Positions 27,235-37,948 of a stretch of DNA of 64,000 nucleotides are shown here, in pieces. A program made the translations under genes and the position numbers. Source of the stretch: a virus (taxonomy: Duplodnaviria; Caudoviricetes); IMG/VR virus record IMGVR_UViG_3300037722_001090; one strand, written 5' to 3'. How positions within the stretch are numbered: position 1 is the first letter of the stretch; each line of letters opens with the position of its first letter. The notes beneath the pieces are model-generated. The model ran no database searches. It saw nothing but the letters and a program-made list of their open reading frames with translations, and was not told the origin of the DNA.

Positions 27235-28263
27235 ATGGCGCTACATATTATATCAGCAGATCCTTATGATCTACAACAAAGCGTAGTAACAGACTCAAAA
27301 GTAGTTATTAGATTTGATGGTCCTATTGATCCATTTACAGTAAGTAATGGACTTAGTTTATATACACCATCCCCCGGACTTTGGACTGGACCAGATCTAG
27401 CAATACTAGATACCAAATACGCTGACGTTTTAGATGTGACACAAGAGTATACATATTTTCAGTACTCATACACAATAGACAATTACGTTAATGATGGTGG
27501 AGCTACCATTACTAATGGTCAGTTAACAGTTACCCCACTATTACCTTTCTTACCAGATAGAGATTATTATTTTGCAATCTATCCAGGTAATGATGCTAGT
27601 AGATATATATCTAAGCAAACATTTTCAGAGCCAGTATATACATTAGATCAGGCATCAACATCTCTAAATACAATATCAGTAAACTCAGCTTTTAGTGGCG
27701 ATGTAGCTGGAACATATAGTCTTGTAGTTACAGATGTAAATGGTACAGTAATAGGGATATCATCCACACTAAATGGGGTCACAGATTATCGAAGTGTCGA
27801 TATATCAAGTAATGTATTATTAGATTTAACAAAAATCAAACTATCCTTTAGTAGTCTTGATATAAATGGAGATCCTGTTATTTGGACAGTACTAGATCAA
27901 GTTGAGATTGATGTATTTCCAGCAGAAGGTATAGATGTTATAGCTAAAAATAAGTTTACTACTACGCATGTAGCACAAGGAAATTTTCCAAGTTCCACTA
28001 AGATCAACACACTTAGCAGTATAGGTAAAGACGCATCAACACTTAGGTTAATTAGCTCTATACCTGCTAATTTAACTTTAAATAATGTACGATATAATCC
28101 GATAACACTTAAGTTTAATCAAAACATAGATGCTATACAAGATATTGCTAGTAGAATTATGGTTAAAAGAAGAGATATGAATACTGGTGTCGTAAGAGCA
28201 GTTAAGTACTACTATAAGATTACCGACTCTACGGTAAAGCTTTATCTTACATCGCTCCAGTAA
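27235..28263 (+). CDS. Virion protein with N- and C-terminal Ig-like domains
   Basis: VVIRFDGPIDPFTV and PITLKFNQNIDAI resemble bacterial Ig-like domain starts. Confidence 0.65.
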   Translation: MALHIISADPYDLQQSVVTDSKVVIRFDGPIDPFTVSNGLSLYTPSPGLWTGPDLAILDTKYADVLDVTQEYTYFQYSYTIDNYVNDGGATITNGQLTVTPLLPFLPDRDYYFAIYPGNDASRYISKQTFSEPVYTLDQASTSLNTISVNSAFSGDVAGTYSLVVTDVNGTVIGISSTLNGVTDYRSVDISSNVLLDLTKIKLSFSSLDINGDPVIWTVLDQVEIDVFPAEGIDVIAKNKFTTTHVAQGNFPSSTKINTLSSIGKDASTLRLISSIPANLTLNNVRYNPITLKFNQNIDAIQDIASRIMVKRRDMNTGVVRAVKYYYKITDSTVKLYLTSLQ

Positions 28264-28277
28264 AAGAAGGGGGTAGT

Positions 28278-28481
28278 ATGGCGAAGAAGGAAGATAAGTG
28301 GATTCAGAAGGCTATTAAGAAGCCTGGAGCACTAAGAAAGACTGCCGAGCGTCATGGCGCACTAAAGAATGGTATTGATCCAGCATGGCTTGATAAAGCA
28401 GCTTCTGGTGAAGGAGTAAGTAAGAAAACTGCTCAGCGAGCACGTTTAGCTAAAACACTAAAAAAAGTAAGGAGAAAGTAA
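28278..28481 (+). CDS. Small basic protein, 67 aa (WIQKAIKKPGALRK family)
   Basis: Lys/Arg-rich; ORF track. Confidence 0.75.
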   Translation: MAKKEDKWIQKAIKKPGALRKTAERHGALKNGIDPAWLDKAASGEGVSKKTAQRARLAKTLKKVRRK

Positions 28482-28482
28482 C

Positions 28483-28623
28483 ATGGCATCGAAAGGTAAA
28501 GCAATGAGCGGTACTGTTCCTACTAAGAAGACTGGTAAGCCTTCTACTAAAGGATCTAAGACTGCAGTAGCGAATACAAGCAAGAAGTCTTTCCCATCAA
28601 AAGGGCGTAAGACTAGTAAGTAA
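28483..28623 (+). CDS. Histone-H1/protamine-like basic micro-protein, 46 aa (not in the ORF track)
   Basis: Hand-translated MASKGKAMSGTVPTKKTGKPSTKGSKTAVANTSKKSFPSKGRKTSK: 12 K, 1 R, no D/E. SD AGGAG. Confidence 0.75.
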   Translation: MASKGKAMSGTVPTKKTGKPSTKGSKTAVANTSKKSFPSKGRKTSK

Positions 28624-28629
28624 TTTTTA

Positions 28630-28647
28630 GGGCTGTGAAAACAGCCC
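28630..28647 (+). promoter_or_regulatory. GAAA-tetraloop hairpin without U-tract
   Basis: GGGCTGT-GAAA-ACAGCCC directly after the basic-protein genes. Confidence 0.55.
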
Positions 28648-28669
28648 GCACAGCTTATAGGAGATACAA

Positions 28670-29902
28670 ATGGCAAGATTAACATTACCGAGAGTAGCAC
28701 CACCATCCATTGGTGCAACTATGCATGTCTATGCAGCAGGAACTGAAAATGAAGTTCAGCTATACAGTGATAGTGCATTTACTGTACCAGTAGCGCAACC
28801 TGTTACTTTAGGCATTAGTAATATAGATTTCTATACTAATGGAAATGTTAGAGTAGATATTAAGTTTATAGATACCATTTATAATGGTGGGTTTACTCTT
28901 ATTCCCGACCAGATTTTATTTGACTATAATGAAGCAATAGACCAAGGCCTATCTACTACAGACTCGCCTACATTCAACAATCTAACACTAACTAATGGCT
29001 ACCTAGGACATAAGATACAATCTAACAGCATCGATTTAAATGATAAGGCTAAGATTAACTTTATTGATTTTGATGTGGCAGAAGGTGCTGATGTTATTAA
29101 TGTGACTCCAAAAGGAGTTGGTACTTTTAATATTATCGAAATAAGCCCATCTGCTGGTCAAGTTGTATATACTGATACTAGATTTATTCCCGGTGTATAT
29201 GAGGTATTAATAGATGGGGCGCAAGTAGAACCATCTGCAATTGATACTTCTATTATAGGACAATTTACTCTGCTAGTAGATCCATCCTATATTACCTCTG
29301 ATAAGACAATACTTGTAAGAATATATACAAAAATTATAACATTAACTGAAGCAGAAATACGATTAGAATATATAGCATCACAGGGACAAACAGATTTCGT
29401 TAATTCTAATATTTTAGCTAATAAATGTAAAGTATCAGTTAATGGTAATATATTACCTACATCCGATTATATTGCAATCGATGGCACTCTAACTATATTT
29501 GATGGACTTAATCTTAATGATGAAGTATCTATTTTTGTTTTAACTGGAGAAGTTGCTAGTATTGAAGACTTAAAAGTAAGTGGTGTTAGAAGTGAATTAA
29601 TATCTTATTCTGCCAATGATACTCAAAATATATTGATTGATTATAGGAATGGTAACGTACTAATTAATTTTACTGCTGATATGGTTACATATAATGTATC
29701 GCCTGTTAATGGACCAGTCGGAGAAGAAGTAGAAATTATAGTATATGCTAAAAGTATTGGTAGTGCTTGGATTCCACAATGGTCAAATATATTATGGGAA
29801 AATGCTACTGAGCCTACTTTAGATGCTGACCTAACATATATAATCTGGTTAGGATGGAATGGAAGTCAATGGCTAGGTAAATTAGCAGGAGGGCCGTTCT
29901 AA
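28670..29902 (+). CDS. Fibre/structural protein with repeated beta modules
   Basis: Two (SA/SQ)GQ(V/T)..(Y/F)...(I/V)(D/N)G repeats; C-terminal fibre-like domain. Confidence 0.6.
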   Translation: MARLTLPRVAPPSIGATMHVYAAGTENEVQLYSDSAFTVPVAQPVTLGISNIDFYTNGNVRVDIKFIDTIYNGGFTLIPDQILFDYNEAIDQGLSTTDSPTFNNLTLTNGYLGHKIQSNSIDLNDKAKINFIDFDVAEGADVINVTPKGVGTFNIIEISPSAGQVVYTDTRFIPGVYEVLIDGAQVEPSAIDTSIIGQFTLLVDPSYITSDKTILVRIYTKIITLTEAEIRLEYIASQGQTDFVNSNILANKCKVSVNGNILPTSDYIAIDGTLTIFDGLNLNDEVSIFVLTGEVASIEDLKVSGVRSELISYSANDTQNILIDYRNGNVLINFTADMVTYNVSPVNGPVGEEVEIIVYAKSIGSAWIPQWSNILWENATEPTLDADLTYIIWLGWNGSQWLGKLAGGPF

Positions 29903-30534
29903 TGTCTTTACTTAATACTAGAAGTGGAATTAATATACATGATACAGGACCAGTAATAGCAACTCCTAAAACATATGCATCATTTGATCCTGAATTTACA
30001 CCTGAACAATTTACTTTATATAATGATAACTATAGCATATCAACAGATACGGCTTCATGGAATACAGCATATCTTAAAAATGTACCAATTTCAGGAATGT
30101 GGGCGATGGAGGTAACACCACACCAGACACTACAGTCATTTTACCCACATAGAGGATATTTTATGGGGATATCGGCGTTTAAAACCCTCTCAACATATAT
30201 AGGTGGGTTTTTCTATTCTACAGGATATATACCATATTTAGGTAGGCAGTATCTCAATAATACATATCAGGCAAACTACTGGAAAATAAATATAACACCA
30301 AATATTCCTATACTTATGGTTATAGATTTTGATTATACTCGAATAGGGATACAGCAAGGCACTGAATTAAGGTGGAGTAATACTAATAATACTTTATGTA
30401 AATATGTTGGATTAAGCCTTTATGATATACAAGATGGAATATTCCAATTAACAATAAATACAGGACAGCAGCCTTTTTCACCAGAGAATAAAACATTATT
30501 ACCAGAAGGGTGTAATGAGGGATTATGGATTTAA
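29902..30534 (+). CDS. SPRY/lectin-like beta-sandwich protein
   Basis: SGMWAMEV..FMGISA..STGY..GRQY pattern; AT-rich. Confidence 0.5.
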   Translation: MSLLNTRSGINIHDTGPVIATPKTYASFDPEFTPEQFTLYNDNYSISTDTASWNTAYLKNVPISGMWAMEVTPHQTLQSFYPHRGYFMGISAFKTLSTYIGGFFYSTGYIPYLGRQYLNNTYQANYWKINITPNIPILMVIDFDYTRIGIQQGTELRWSNTNNTLCKYVGLSLYDIQDGIFQLTINTGQQPFSPENKTLLPEGCNEGLWI

Positions 30535-30561
30535 TAAGATATTTAAAGGATATATATATAA

Positions 30562-30984
30562 ATGGGTATTTTAAATAGACTAAATAAAAGAGGAACCGTA
30601 GCTGAATTTCTCTCTAATATAACTGAAAATAGATGGTTCTCCCCTTCTATTATGACCTCGTGGATACGTACTGTATTATCAACCCATACTGAACTTGGAA
30701 CAGTTGGAGCTACTGCTATTCTTGATATGGGTGGTGCTTATTCAAAAAGCTTTTCTGTTACGTTACCAGAAGCAACTGACGTGTCATTTAGTATTATAAA
30801 TACACCAGTAGGGATTAGAAGTGATGTGCTTATCATATTAACTTCTGGAGCGACCCTTGGTGTTTTAGATGTAACAGGATTCAATGGCTGGACAGATCCC
30901 AATCCATCAGTAGTAACTGAATATAGCTTATTAACAATTGATGATGGTGCTACTTGGGAGGTTGTTAGTCGTGAACGAGCGTAG
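30562..30984 (+). CDS. Fibre-like protein, paralogous to the C-terminus of 28670-29902
   Basis: ILDMGG..FSVTL..FSIINTP..VLIIL..W..P pattern is shared. Confidence 0.5.
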   Translation: MGILNRLNKRGTVAEFLSNITENRWFSPSIMTSWIRTVLSTHTELGTVGATAILDMGGAYSKSFSVTLPEATDVSFSIINTPVGIRSDVLIILTSGATLGVLDVTGFNGWTDPNPSVVTEYSLLTIDDGATWEVVSRERA

Positions 30985-30986
30985 AT

Positions 30987-31727
30987 ATGAATAACAGACG
31001 CAGAGCATTATATACAGCCAGAACACAGCCAAAATTTCTTTTTAGAGGCGATTGGACAAATGCTGTTGATCGCGCACTAGTGTCTGGGGAGACACTAACA
31101 ACTAATTCGGATGGAATTTTTGATGGATATGCTACTATAAGAGAGAGTAATGCCAATACATTAAATATTCAAAGTGGATTTGTGAAATGGATTTTTAATA
31201 CTACCTCTAATACAGATATGGCAGGTATTTATAGTCAATTTGTACCTATGATTAATGGACTTGGGTTTTTTTGTGATGTATCCCCATATCAAATGCAACC
31301 TAATGATGGTTTGCGTTTCTTGATTCAAAATACTTCATCTTTTGATATTAATTCTCCTACTAATGTATGGTGTGCTTTATATAATGGCAATGGTGGTAAA
31401 AAACTAACAGTATCAGGAACTAATCAACTAACACAACATTTATTTGAATATGCAGCTTTACATTTAGAAAGAATTCAAATAGGTATAATTGTAACCACTA
31501 CACTATATTATTTTTTTGTTAAAATTCCTTCAGTTGCACCAACATGGACTTTAAGTGCAACCCTCCCGGTTATTACATTAATGGGAAGTGTTAGATTATG
31601 TATTACTCATTACACAGGAGCTAACCAGCTTTATAAAGCAAGTATTCCAGATTATGATTATACAAATCAAGTAGTTGGTGCAACTCTCGGTGATAGTGGG
31701 TTTGTATTTCCATATATAGATTATTAA
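30987..31727 (+). CDS. Putative receptor-binding beta-sandwich protein
   Basis: Aromatic/Asn/Thr-rich; very AT-rich; in the fibre cluster. Confidence 0.5.
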   Translation: MNNRRRALYTARTQPKFLFRGDWTNAVDRALVSGETLTTNSDGIFDGYATIRESNANTLNIQSGFVKWIFNTTSNTDMAGIYSQFVPMINGLGFFCDVSPYQMQPNDGLRFLIQNTSSFDINSPTNVWCALYNGNGGKKLTVSGTNQLTQHLFEYAALHLERIQIGIIVTTTLYYFFVKIPSVAPTWTLSATLPVITLMGSVRLCITHYTGANQLYKASIPDYDYTNQVVGATLGDSGFVFPYIDY

Positions 31728-31788
31728 CAATATATCACCCAATTGATAGTATCAGAATTAATATGTCATAATATACAAGGAGACTCAT

Positions 31789-32481
31789 ATGAGCTACCCA
31801 CTTTTTTCAAGAATAGAAAATAACATAATCACAACTCCATCTAGACTACCATTAAAATATGAATATATTGTAGATGGAGTAACAAGAACAGCAAGCAACT
31901 TTAGAGCATTAGAATCTAGACCAGCAGATGCAGTTAAGTATGGATTTTACGAATATGTAACACCTGCTTATGATACAGTAACACAAAAGCTAGATGGATT
32001 AGTAATGCTTGGTGACAATCAAGTAACTAAAATTATTATCGATAAAACACAAGAAGAAATTGATTCTGAATTTACCAATTCACTTACAAGTGCAAAATCA
32101 ATGGCATTAGATGAAATAGATCAAGCAGCATTTAATGTTGATTATAAGTATACTACTGTTGGTGGTCAGCAAGCATCTATATATGATATTAAGCCAGTTC
32201 AAATTGCTGAATGGGAATCTGATCCTAACCCAGATATAAATGACATAAAATATGGCACCATCTGGGCAGAACTAGAACGAACTAAAGTTACTAATCCTGA
32301 TGCAATAGTACAAGACGCTATTGATGGACTGAAAATGCTTATTTCTGCATGGCAGCAAAATCTAATAAAATATAGAGAATATTATAGATTAGTAGGGAAA
32401 GCAAAGGTAGAAAATGCAATATCAATTATAGAAGTTGAAGCTGCTAAAACAGAAGCAGTAACTGGGCTAAGTAGCCTGTAA
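31789..32481 (+). CDS. Putative fibre assembly chaperone
   Basis: PAYDTVTQKL..DKTQEEID..AKSMALDEID pattern; follows the fibre genes. Confidence 0.55.
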   Translation: MSYPLFSRIENNIITTPSRLPLKYEYIVDGVTRTASNFRALESRPADAVKYGFYEYVTPAYDTVTQKLDGLVMLGDNQVTKIIIDKTQEEIDSEFTNSLTSAKSMALDEIDQAAFNVDYKYTTVGGQQASIYDIKPVQIAEWESDPNPDINDIKYGTIWAELERTKVTNPDAIVQDAIDGLKMLISAWQQNLIKYREYYRLVGKAKVENAISIIEVEAAKTEAVTGLSSL

Positions 32482-32490
32482 GGAGGCAAT

Positions 32491-32700
32491 ATGATGATTT
32501 GGATGCCAACTGCAAAATTTCCAAGTCCAGAAAAAGTATTAAGCAATATTATATATGGATATAATGGAGAGTTTACTGGGATACTAAATATATCTACTCA
32601 AAATATTGTACAAATATTAAACGCTGAAATATCAATTAAAAAAGATATCTCTAGTACACCACCATCGCCAAGTAATGGAGAAATAGATTATGTCAGTTGA
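32491..32700 (+). CDS. Hypothetical protein, 69 aa
   Basis: ORF track; SD AGGAGG. Confidence 0.65.
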   Translation: MMIWMPTAKFPSPEKVLSNIIYGYNGEFTGILNISTQNIVQILNAEISIKKDISSTPPSPSNGEIDYVS

Positions 32701-33982
32701 AATTAAATTTAACTTACCAGTACCAGAGCCAGGACAAGATGCTGCGTATAAAGTTGTATTATACCAGTCTAGTGATGGCAAAATTTGGGATATAAATTCG
32801 ACTACAGAAGAAGTAATATCTAACCTTATTATAGGCCAAGATGGTAAATACATATGGGCTGTAAATACTCCACCAGTTGATGTATCAAAGTGGATACAAA
32901 TTAAGACAGAGAATGCTCTTGGAGCAGAGAGTAATACAGGTATAGTATTCAGTCCTATTAGTTTGCCTACTAGTAACTTTGGAGCAATAAAGATTGATAA
33001 TGGTACAGCTAACTATAATGCAGGATCAGTTATTGAGTTGATGCTACAGCTAGACACAGATGATGCTATTATTGTAGGAGATACAATAGATGTACACATA
33101 AGAGATGTTTTTGATAATGAAATTGGATTTATTACAGCTAATAAAATTGGAGATAATCTATATATAGCTGAATATAAGATTCCTTCTAATTTATCTGATC
33201 TATACAATATTTTAAATTCTGATGAGTCAGAATATAATACATCTGCTTTCAGTATGAAAGATGTATGGATCTTTAAAGACGCTACTCAAATAGAATATCC
33301 TTTTTTTGTTTCTAGATCCGTACTAGAACAAGTAGTAAAGAATGATTCTTTATTTACTGTTATAATAGACAATCTAAATGATACAGGTATGTATCAGGAG
33401 ATATCATTTGCATCACAGATAAGCAAATTCTACGCTTCAGTAGATGATGTAATTGCAGTTTCACCTCAATCTATTGACACCTTAAATGTTTATAGTATTG
33501 CTAGAGAAATTATGTTAGTATCAGATTACGTTGATTTACACATGAAACCAGACAGAATTTACTATCAAGAAGCATTTGATAGTGCAGTAAGATGCTATGT
33601 AAGATATCAAGCTGCATTAAACTTACTGGGTGACGAAGCTAAGCTTACTAGTGAAACTAAACAACTAGATACGTTCCAGGTACAGCGTAGTTATGACATG
33701 AGGTCTTATTTAGGTGGAATTGAAGATAAGGCATATAAGTGTGCATTGATTATTTGGGCTGGTGGATTAGATACGCCATTTAAAACAAAGACATTTCAGA
33801 AAGGACTATACGATCCGAATAGACCTAATGTCTCAAGAGCAAACCTTGACATTACAGGTACAGAGCCTTGGGTTAATAGGACAACTAGATCTACGTTAAT
33901 TTCCGATGCATCAGGACAGACAGTTGAACTTCGCGGCATTAGAACGATAAGTATATCTAGAATAGATCGTACACTGCTATGA
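32690..33982 (+). CDS. Probable head-tail adaptor with N-terminal Ig/FN3-like extension
   Basis: The C-terminal third (YASVDDV..YVRYQAALNLL..SETKQLDTFQV) is adaptor-like; position before head closure. Confidence 0.6.
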   Translation: MSVEIKFNLPVPEPGQDAAYKVVLYQSSDGKIWDINSTTEEVISNLIIGQDGKYIWAVNTPPVDVSKWIQIKTENALGAESNTGIVFSPISLPTSNFGAIKIDNGTANYNAGSVIELMLQLDTDDAIIVGDTIDVHIRDVFDNEIGFITANKIGDNLYIAEYKIPSNLSDLYNILNSDESEYNTSAFSMKDVWIFKDATQIEYPFFVSRSVLEQVVKNDSLFTVIIDNLNDTGMYQEISFASQISKFYASVDDVIAVSPQSIDTLNVYSIAREIMLVSDYVDLHMKPDRIYYQEAFDSAVRCYVRYQAALNLLGDEAKLTSETKQLDTFQVQRSYDMRSYLGGIEDKAYKCALIIWAGGLDTPFKTKTFQKGLYDPNRPNVSRANLDITGTEPWVNRTTRSTLISDASGQTVELRGIRTISISRIDRTLL

Positions 33983-34440
33983 TAAATTTACAAAAAGAAA
34001 TGTCAATACTACTGAAAGAGATATGGAATACAGTAATAGTTAGAATAATGACTGATACCAAATGTTTTTGCTGGAGAATAAGATCTAATACTGCAGATCC
34101 AGAATGTCCTAATTGCGAAGGTTCTGGATACATATTCAATGAACACATAAGTAAATGTAAATTATTCTATGCACCTGCAAACTCGGTAGCACATGCACAG
34201 GATTTTGATTATGGTATTTCATATTCAAATACAAACGTACTATATTTTGAGGTTAGCGACATTAGCGAAAACATAAGGATAAATGACGAGGTATTCGAAG
34301 TTAAGACACATACTAACGGAACACTATATGACCCAATAATTAGGACTAAAAAATGGACAGTAATTGATCCATATAAATTTAGTCTTGATACTGGTAAGCG
34401 TGAGTTCGTTAAAGTATTTGCGAAGCCATCGATAGTCTAG
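33979..34440 (+). CDS. Head-closure (neck) protein with Zn finger
   Basis: CFC-x10-CPNCEGSGY motif; neck position. Confidence 0.7.
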   Translation: MINLQKEMSILLKEIWNTVIVRIMTDTKCFCWRIRSNTADPECPNCEGSGYIFNEHISKCKLFYAPANSVAHAQDFDYGISYSNTNVLYFEVSDISENIRINDEVFEVKTHTNGTLYDPIIRTKKWTVIDPYKFSLDTGKREFVKVFAKPSIV

Positions 34441-34456
34441 TTATTAACAAAGTGAT

Positions 34457-35185
34457 ATGGGAACTTCTTTTTCAAAAAATATATTCGTTAAAATAGTAGA
34501 GAGTTTATCAATTCCATCTTTAGAGGGAAACAGTTTTCCCACAGAAGGAATCGTTACATCTCTAAATGAATTCTTGGACCTTATTAGTATTGCCAATAAT
34601 ATTTATTGTAATACATTTAAGATCCCTGATGCAGACAAGCTTGTATTCGCAGAGGATGTTCCTAGCGACTTAGTACACAAGCTGAATAATGGCACAACAT
34701 CACTAGACATAACAAGTGATACACTAAGAGACCTACGGATTGTTACATATACTGCTGACGAAAAACCAGCAGTTATATCTTCCAGAAAAACAAACGATTA
34801 TGACGGCATAAGAAGTATAAAGTGGAGATTAATTGACGAATATCCAGACCCTGACTATACTGGCTATACAATAGCTAGGTTAGGTAAAGATGTAGAAGTT
34901 GATATTTCATTTCATGTGTGGGGCACAAACTTCGAAGATATCCGCAAGAGAGGGGCACTCCTTAGGGATATTGTCGACACAAACGTTTGGTTCTTTAAAC
35001 ACAAAGGCCTTAGAGATATCATCTGGCGTGAAAGTCAAGAGACTAGATTGTGGGATGGTAAGAGTATAATGAAAGAAAAGATTGAAAGTTACCTGGTAAG
35101 ATATACGCAGGTAAAACTGGTTCGACAAAAAAACCTAGAGCAGATGGCAATTGAATTTGCACTAGAAGAACCTAAGAAAAACTAA
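34457..35185 (+). CDS. Tail completion/terminator-like neck protein
   Basis: Immediately upstream of the sheath; DISFHVWG..IRKRG..LRDIV pattern. Confidence 0.6.
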   Translation: MGTSFSKNIFVKIVESLSIPSLEGNSFPTEGIVTSLNEFLDLISIANNIYCNTFKIPDADKLVFAEDVPSDLVHKLNNGTTSLDITSDTLRDLRIVTYTADEKPAVISSRKTNDYDGIRSIKWRLIDEYPDPDYTGYTIARLGKDVEVDISFHVWGTNFEDIRKRGALLRDIVDTNVWFFKHKGLRDIIWRESQETRLWDGKSIMKEKIESYLVRYTQVKLVRQKNLEQMAIEFALEEPKKN

Positions 35186-35199
35186 TGGAGGAATAACAC

Positions 35200-37935
35200 A
35201 TGTTTAATGTTGCACCTAGATACCTTTCTGGTATTTCTGTTTTCCTTGGTGATGATATCACCAAACGTGAAACTACCGGCGAACTTGTTGTCTTCCTTGG
35301 TCCAGCAAACAAGGGGCCTCAAACTCCTGTTGTCCTAAAGAGCATTGATAATCTAGTGCCTCTTTTTGGAGCAGGCAACCCTCTCGTAAAAGCTGGTCAC
35401 CAATTCATGGACGGATATGCAGATGCTGGCGCAAACAATCCTCTCCAACTCGTAGCAATGCGTGTTGGTGGTATTGCCGCTAAGCTTACTACTTCTTTCG
35501 GACTAGTAATTGAAACCGAGGACGCGTATGACGGCATTGAAAACGAATTCTACCTTTGGGTAGATGACACCTCAGATGAAACCTTTAATGTTAAGATCTG
35601 GGATAAAGATAGACTAATTGTATTCGATTATGCTGAAGCAGTTAGTACTGGACATGTTAAGGTAACTGTTCCTGCTGTAAAAGGTAGCACAGGCGCTATT
35701 TATGGCGACGATCTTGATAATGATCCAGGCACAGCAGGACTTCTGTTGCTACAGGCCAGAGATGCAGATTTTGCTAGTCCTGGTACTGGATCTACAGTAT
35801 TTGGTCTTGCCGCTTCACCTGCAGCTGGAGTTTCTACTCTAGTAGTTTCTAATGTAGTTGGTGCTGGTAATGTTAACTACGATGCAGATATGATGCTTTT
35901 CCCTCTTTCAGGCGGACGCATTAGAATCTATGGTAATATTGGAGCAATCGAGAAAGAAGAGTTTATTAATTATACCTCTGCTGTTGTTGATGTTGACCTT
36001 AAAACAGTTACATTTACTCTCGCTACTGCTACTTCTGTGGATTTCTCTGGAGTAATCAATACTAACATGAGCATCAAGCTTGTTAATAGTGTTGTAGTTT
36101 CTGGTGATTCTGAAATGGATCTTACCAAGCGTGAAATGTACGAGCGTTATCGTAATGCACTTCTAGAAGTTGAAACTTGGACCCCAGACTATCTGGTTCC
36201 TGGTGGAGCTTATTTTGATGACACTGAAACTTATGTTTCCAGTGAAACTGAAACAACCATCGCAAAAATTGCTCAGGCTACAAATGCTGCACTTACTGGT
36301 GCTCAGGGTCTTGGTGGTGGAGATTATGTTACAGTTGAAGGCGCTGCAACTTGGGGCCTAACTGGTACTTATCGTATCGACTCTGGACTACAGCTACCCG
36401 TTGGTACAGCAGGCGTACTAGAGAGAGTATCTCAGTACTTTAGATATAGCGGTATTACAAAAGTAACAGATCCACTAGTTCCTACTGCATACGATTATCG
36501 TCTAGAAACAATTTTCGACCAGTTCGAAGCTGAATCTAACTATATCGCTCTTAGCAATACACTTACTCTTAAAACTAAAACTGGTGGACTAGCTATCGAG
36601 AATATGCTTCCTCAGGGGTGGTTCCGCTTTGGAACTGCAGGAAATGCAACCCTTGGTTTCTATAAACTACAGGGTATTGTAGATGGAATTGCTACTCTAA
36701 AAATTCACGTACCTACGGACTTCGGTGCAAATATTGCTGTTGCAATTGAGCCTGACACTGATGGTATCGGAGCACTACCTATTGCAGGTGATGTGTTTGA
36801 AATGTCGTTCACTTCTTTTGATGACGCTGGAAGCTATGTATATGGTTACTGGACTGAATCACAGAATGTATATGACATTGGAGTTGGATACGTTAAAGAA
36901 ACTGATCAGGGTGATGCATTTACCTTTGAGTGGGCTGACCAGAAGAAAGCAGGATTCTATCTTGCACATTTTGGATATCTATTTGCTAACTTCTGTAACG
37001 AAGCAACAATTGGATATAACACTCCACTAACTGCAATGAACGTAAGACCTCCTTCTTCACTAGATAGAGCTGCAATCGTTCAGTGGATTGGTGAAAAACC
37101 TCTATTCAAGATGGTAGCTGGTGAGCCTACTGCTATCGAAAATGTATCAAAAAAAGGTGCAGGTCTTTTAGGAAATGCAGTTATGGCAGGCGGTATCGCT
37201 CCTTATAACCGTACATACCTAAATGATGCAGCAAACAATAAGTTTGTTGACCCAGCATACGGACTACTAATGACCAGTCAGGGATTTGTTGACGGAAACG
37301 AAATCAGAGACTCTTATGGTAAAGTAGTTGATCTTGGTAAGTTCATGTGCGTTGGTGCAGGTCTTCTGACTTTTGCACACAGAGCAAATGGCGTACCTTA
37401 CACAGATGCTTGCGGTATCTACTCACTTGGTATGCTAGCAGGTTCCCCTTACGAAGAAGGTATTTCCTTCAAGCAGGTTGGAACTAACTCTGGATCTACC
37501 GTTTCTGTAATTGTTAACCGTAAACTATACAACGATCTTGCTGGCGCTGGTTACATTGTAATTACTCGAGAAAAAGGTCTTGGATGGGTTATTAATAATG
37601 ATCACTCTGTAGCAAGAAAAGACAGCGGTTACCGCCTAATCTCTACTACTCGTATTGTTAAAACTGTTATCGAAGAGAAGCGTGGACACCTTATGCAGTT
37701 CATTGGTAAGCCAATTAACACTTACTATTATGAAGCTGCTAAGACTAAGCTTTCTGAGTCGTTTAAGAATGACGTATCAAGAGGCCTTCTGAATGGCTAC
37801 AGATTCAATCTGTCAGCTTCTAAGTCTGGTCAGGCGATTGGTAAGCTTTATCTGAGCGTGGTAATCAATCCACCACTAGAGTTAACCCAAGTAGATATCG
37901 ATACTGTTATCGATAGAAACTTAACTAATACCTAA
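35200..37935 (+). CDS. Contractile tail sheath protein
   Basis: LVVFLGPANKGP..PV N-terminus; C-terminal LISTTRIV..FIGKP..VVINPPLELTQV; followed by the tube. Confidence 0.92.
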   Translation: MFNVAPRYLSGISVFLGDDITKRETTGELVVFLGPANKGPQTPVVLKSIDNLVPLFGAGNPLVKAGHQFMDGYADAGANNPLQLVAMRVGGIAAKLTTSFGLVIETEDAYDGIENEFYLWVDDTSDETFNVKIWDKDRLIVFDYAEAVSTGHVKVTVPAVKGSTGAIYGDDLDNDPGTAGLLLLQARDADFASPGTGSTVFGLAASPAAGVSTLVVSNVVGAGNVNYDADMMLFPLSGGRIRIYGNIGAIEKEEFINYTSAVVDVDLKTVTFTLATATSVDFSGVINTNMSIKLVNSVVVSGDSEMDLTKREMYERYRNALLEVETWTPDYLVPGGAYFDDTETYVSSETETTIAKIAQATNAALTGAQGLGGGDYVTVEGAATWGLTGTYRIDSGLQLPVGTAGVLERVSQYFRYSGITKVTDPLVPTAYDYRLETIFDQFEAESNYIALSNTLTLKTKTGGLAIENMLPQGWFRFGTAGNATLGFYKLQGIVDGIATLKIHVPTDFGANIAVAIEPDTDGIGALPIAGDVFEMSFTSFDDAGSYVYGYWTESQNVYDIGVGYVKETDQGDAFTFEWADQKKAGFYLAHFGYLFANFCNEATIGYNTPLTAMNVRPPSSLDRAAIVQWIGEKPLFKMVAGEPTAIENVSKKGAGLLGNAVMAGGIAPYNRTYLNDAANNKFVDPAYGLLMTSQGFVDGNEIRDSYGKVVDLGKFMCVGAGLLTFAHRANGVPYTDACGIYSLGMLAGSPYEEGISFKQVGTNSGSTVSVIVNRKLYNDLAGAGYIVITREKGLGWVINNDHSVARKDSGYRLISTTRIVKTVIEEKRGHLMQFIGKPINTYYYEAAKTKLSESFKNDVSRGLLNGYRFNLSASKSGQAIGKLYLSVVINPPLELTQVDIDTVIDRNLTNT

Positions 37936-37948
37936 TAAACATTGGAGC

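Noticed and set aside
28670-32481. Diversity-generating retroelement targeting the fibre genes
   Set aside because: No reverse transcriptase and no template/variable repeat pair seen in the window.
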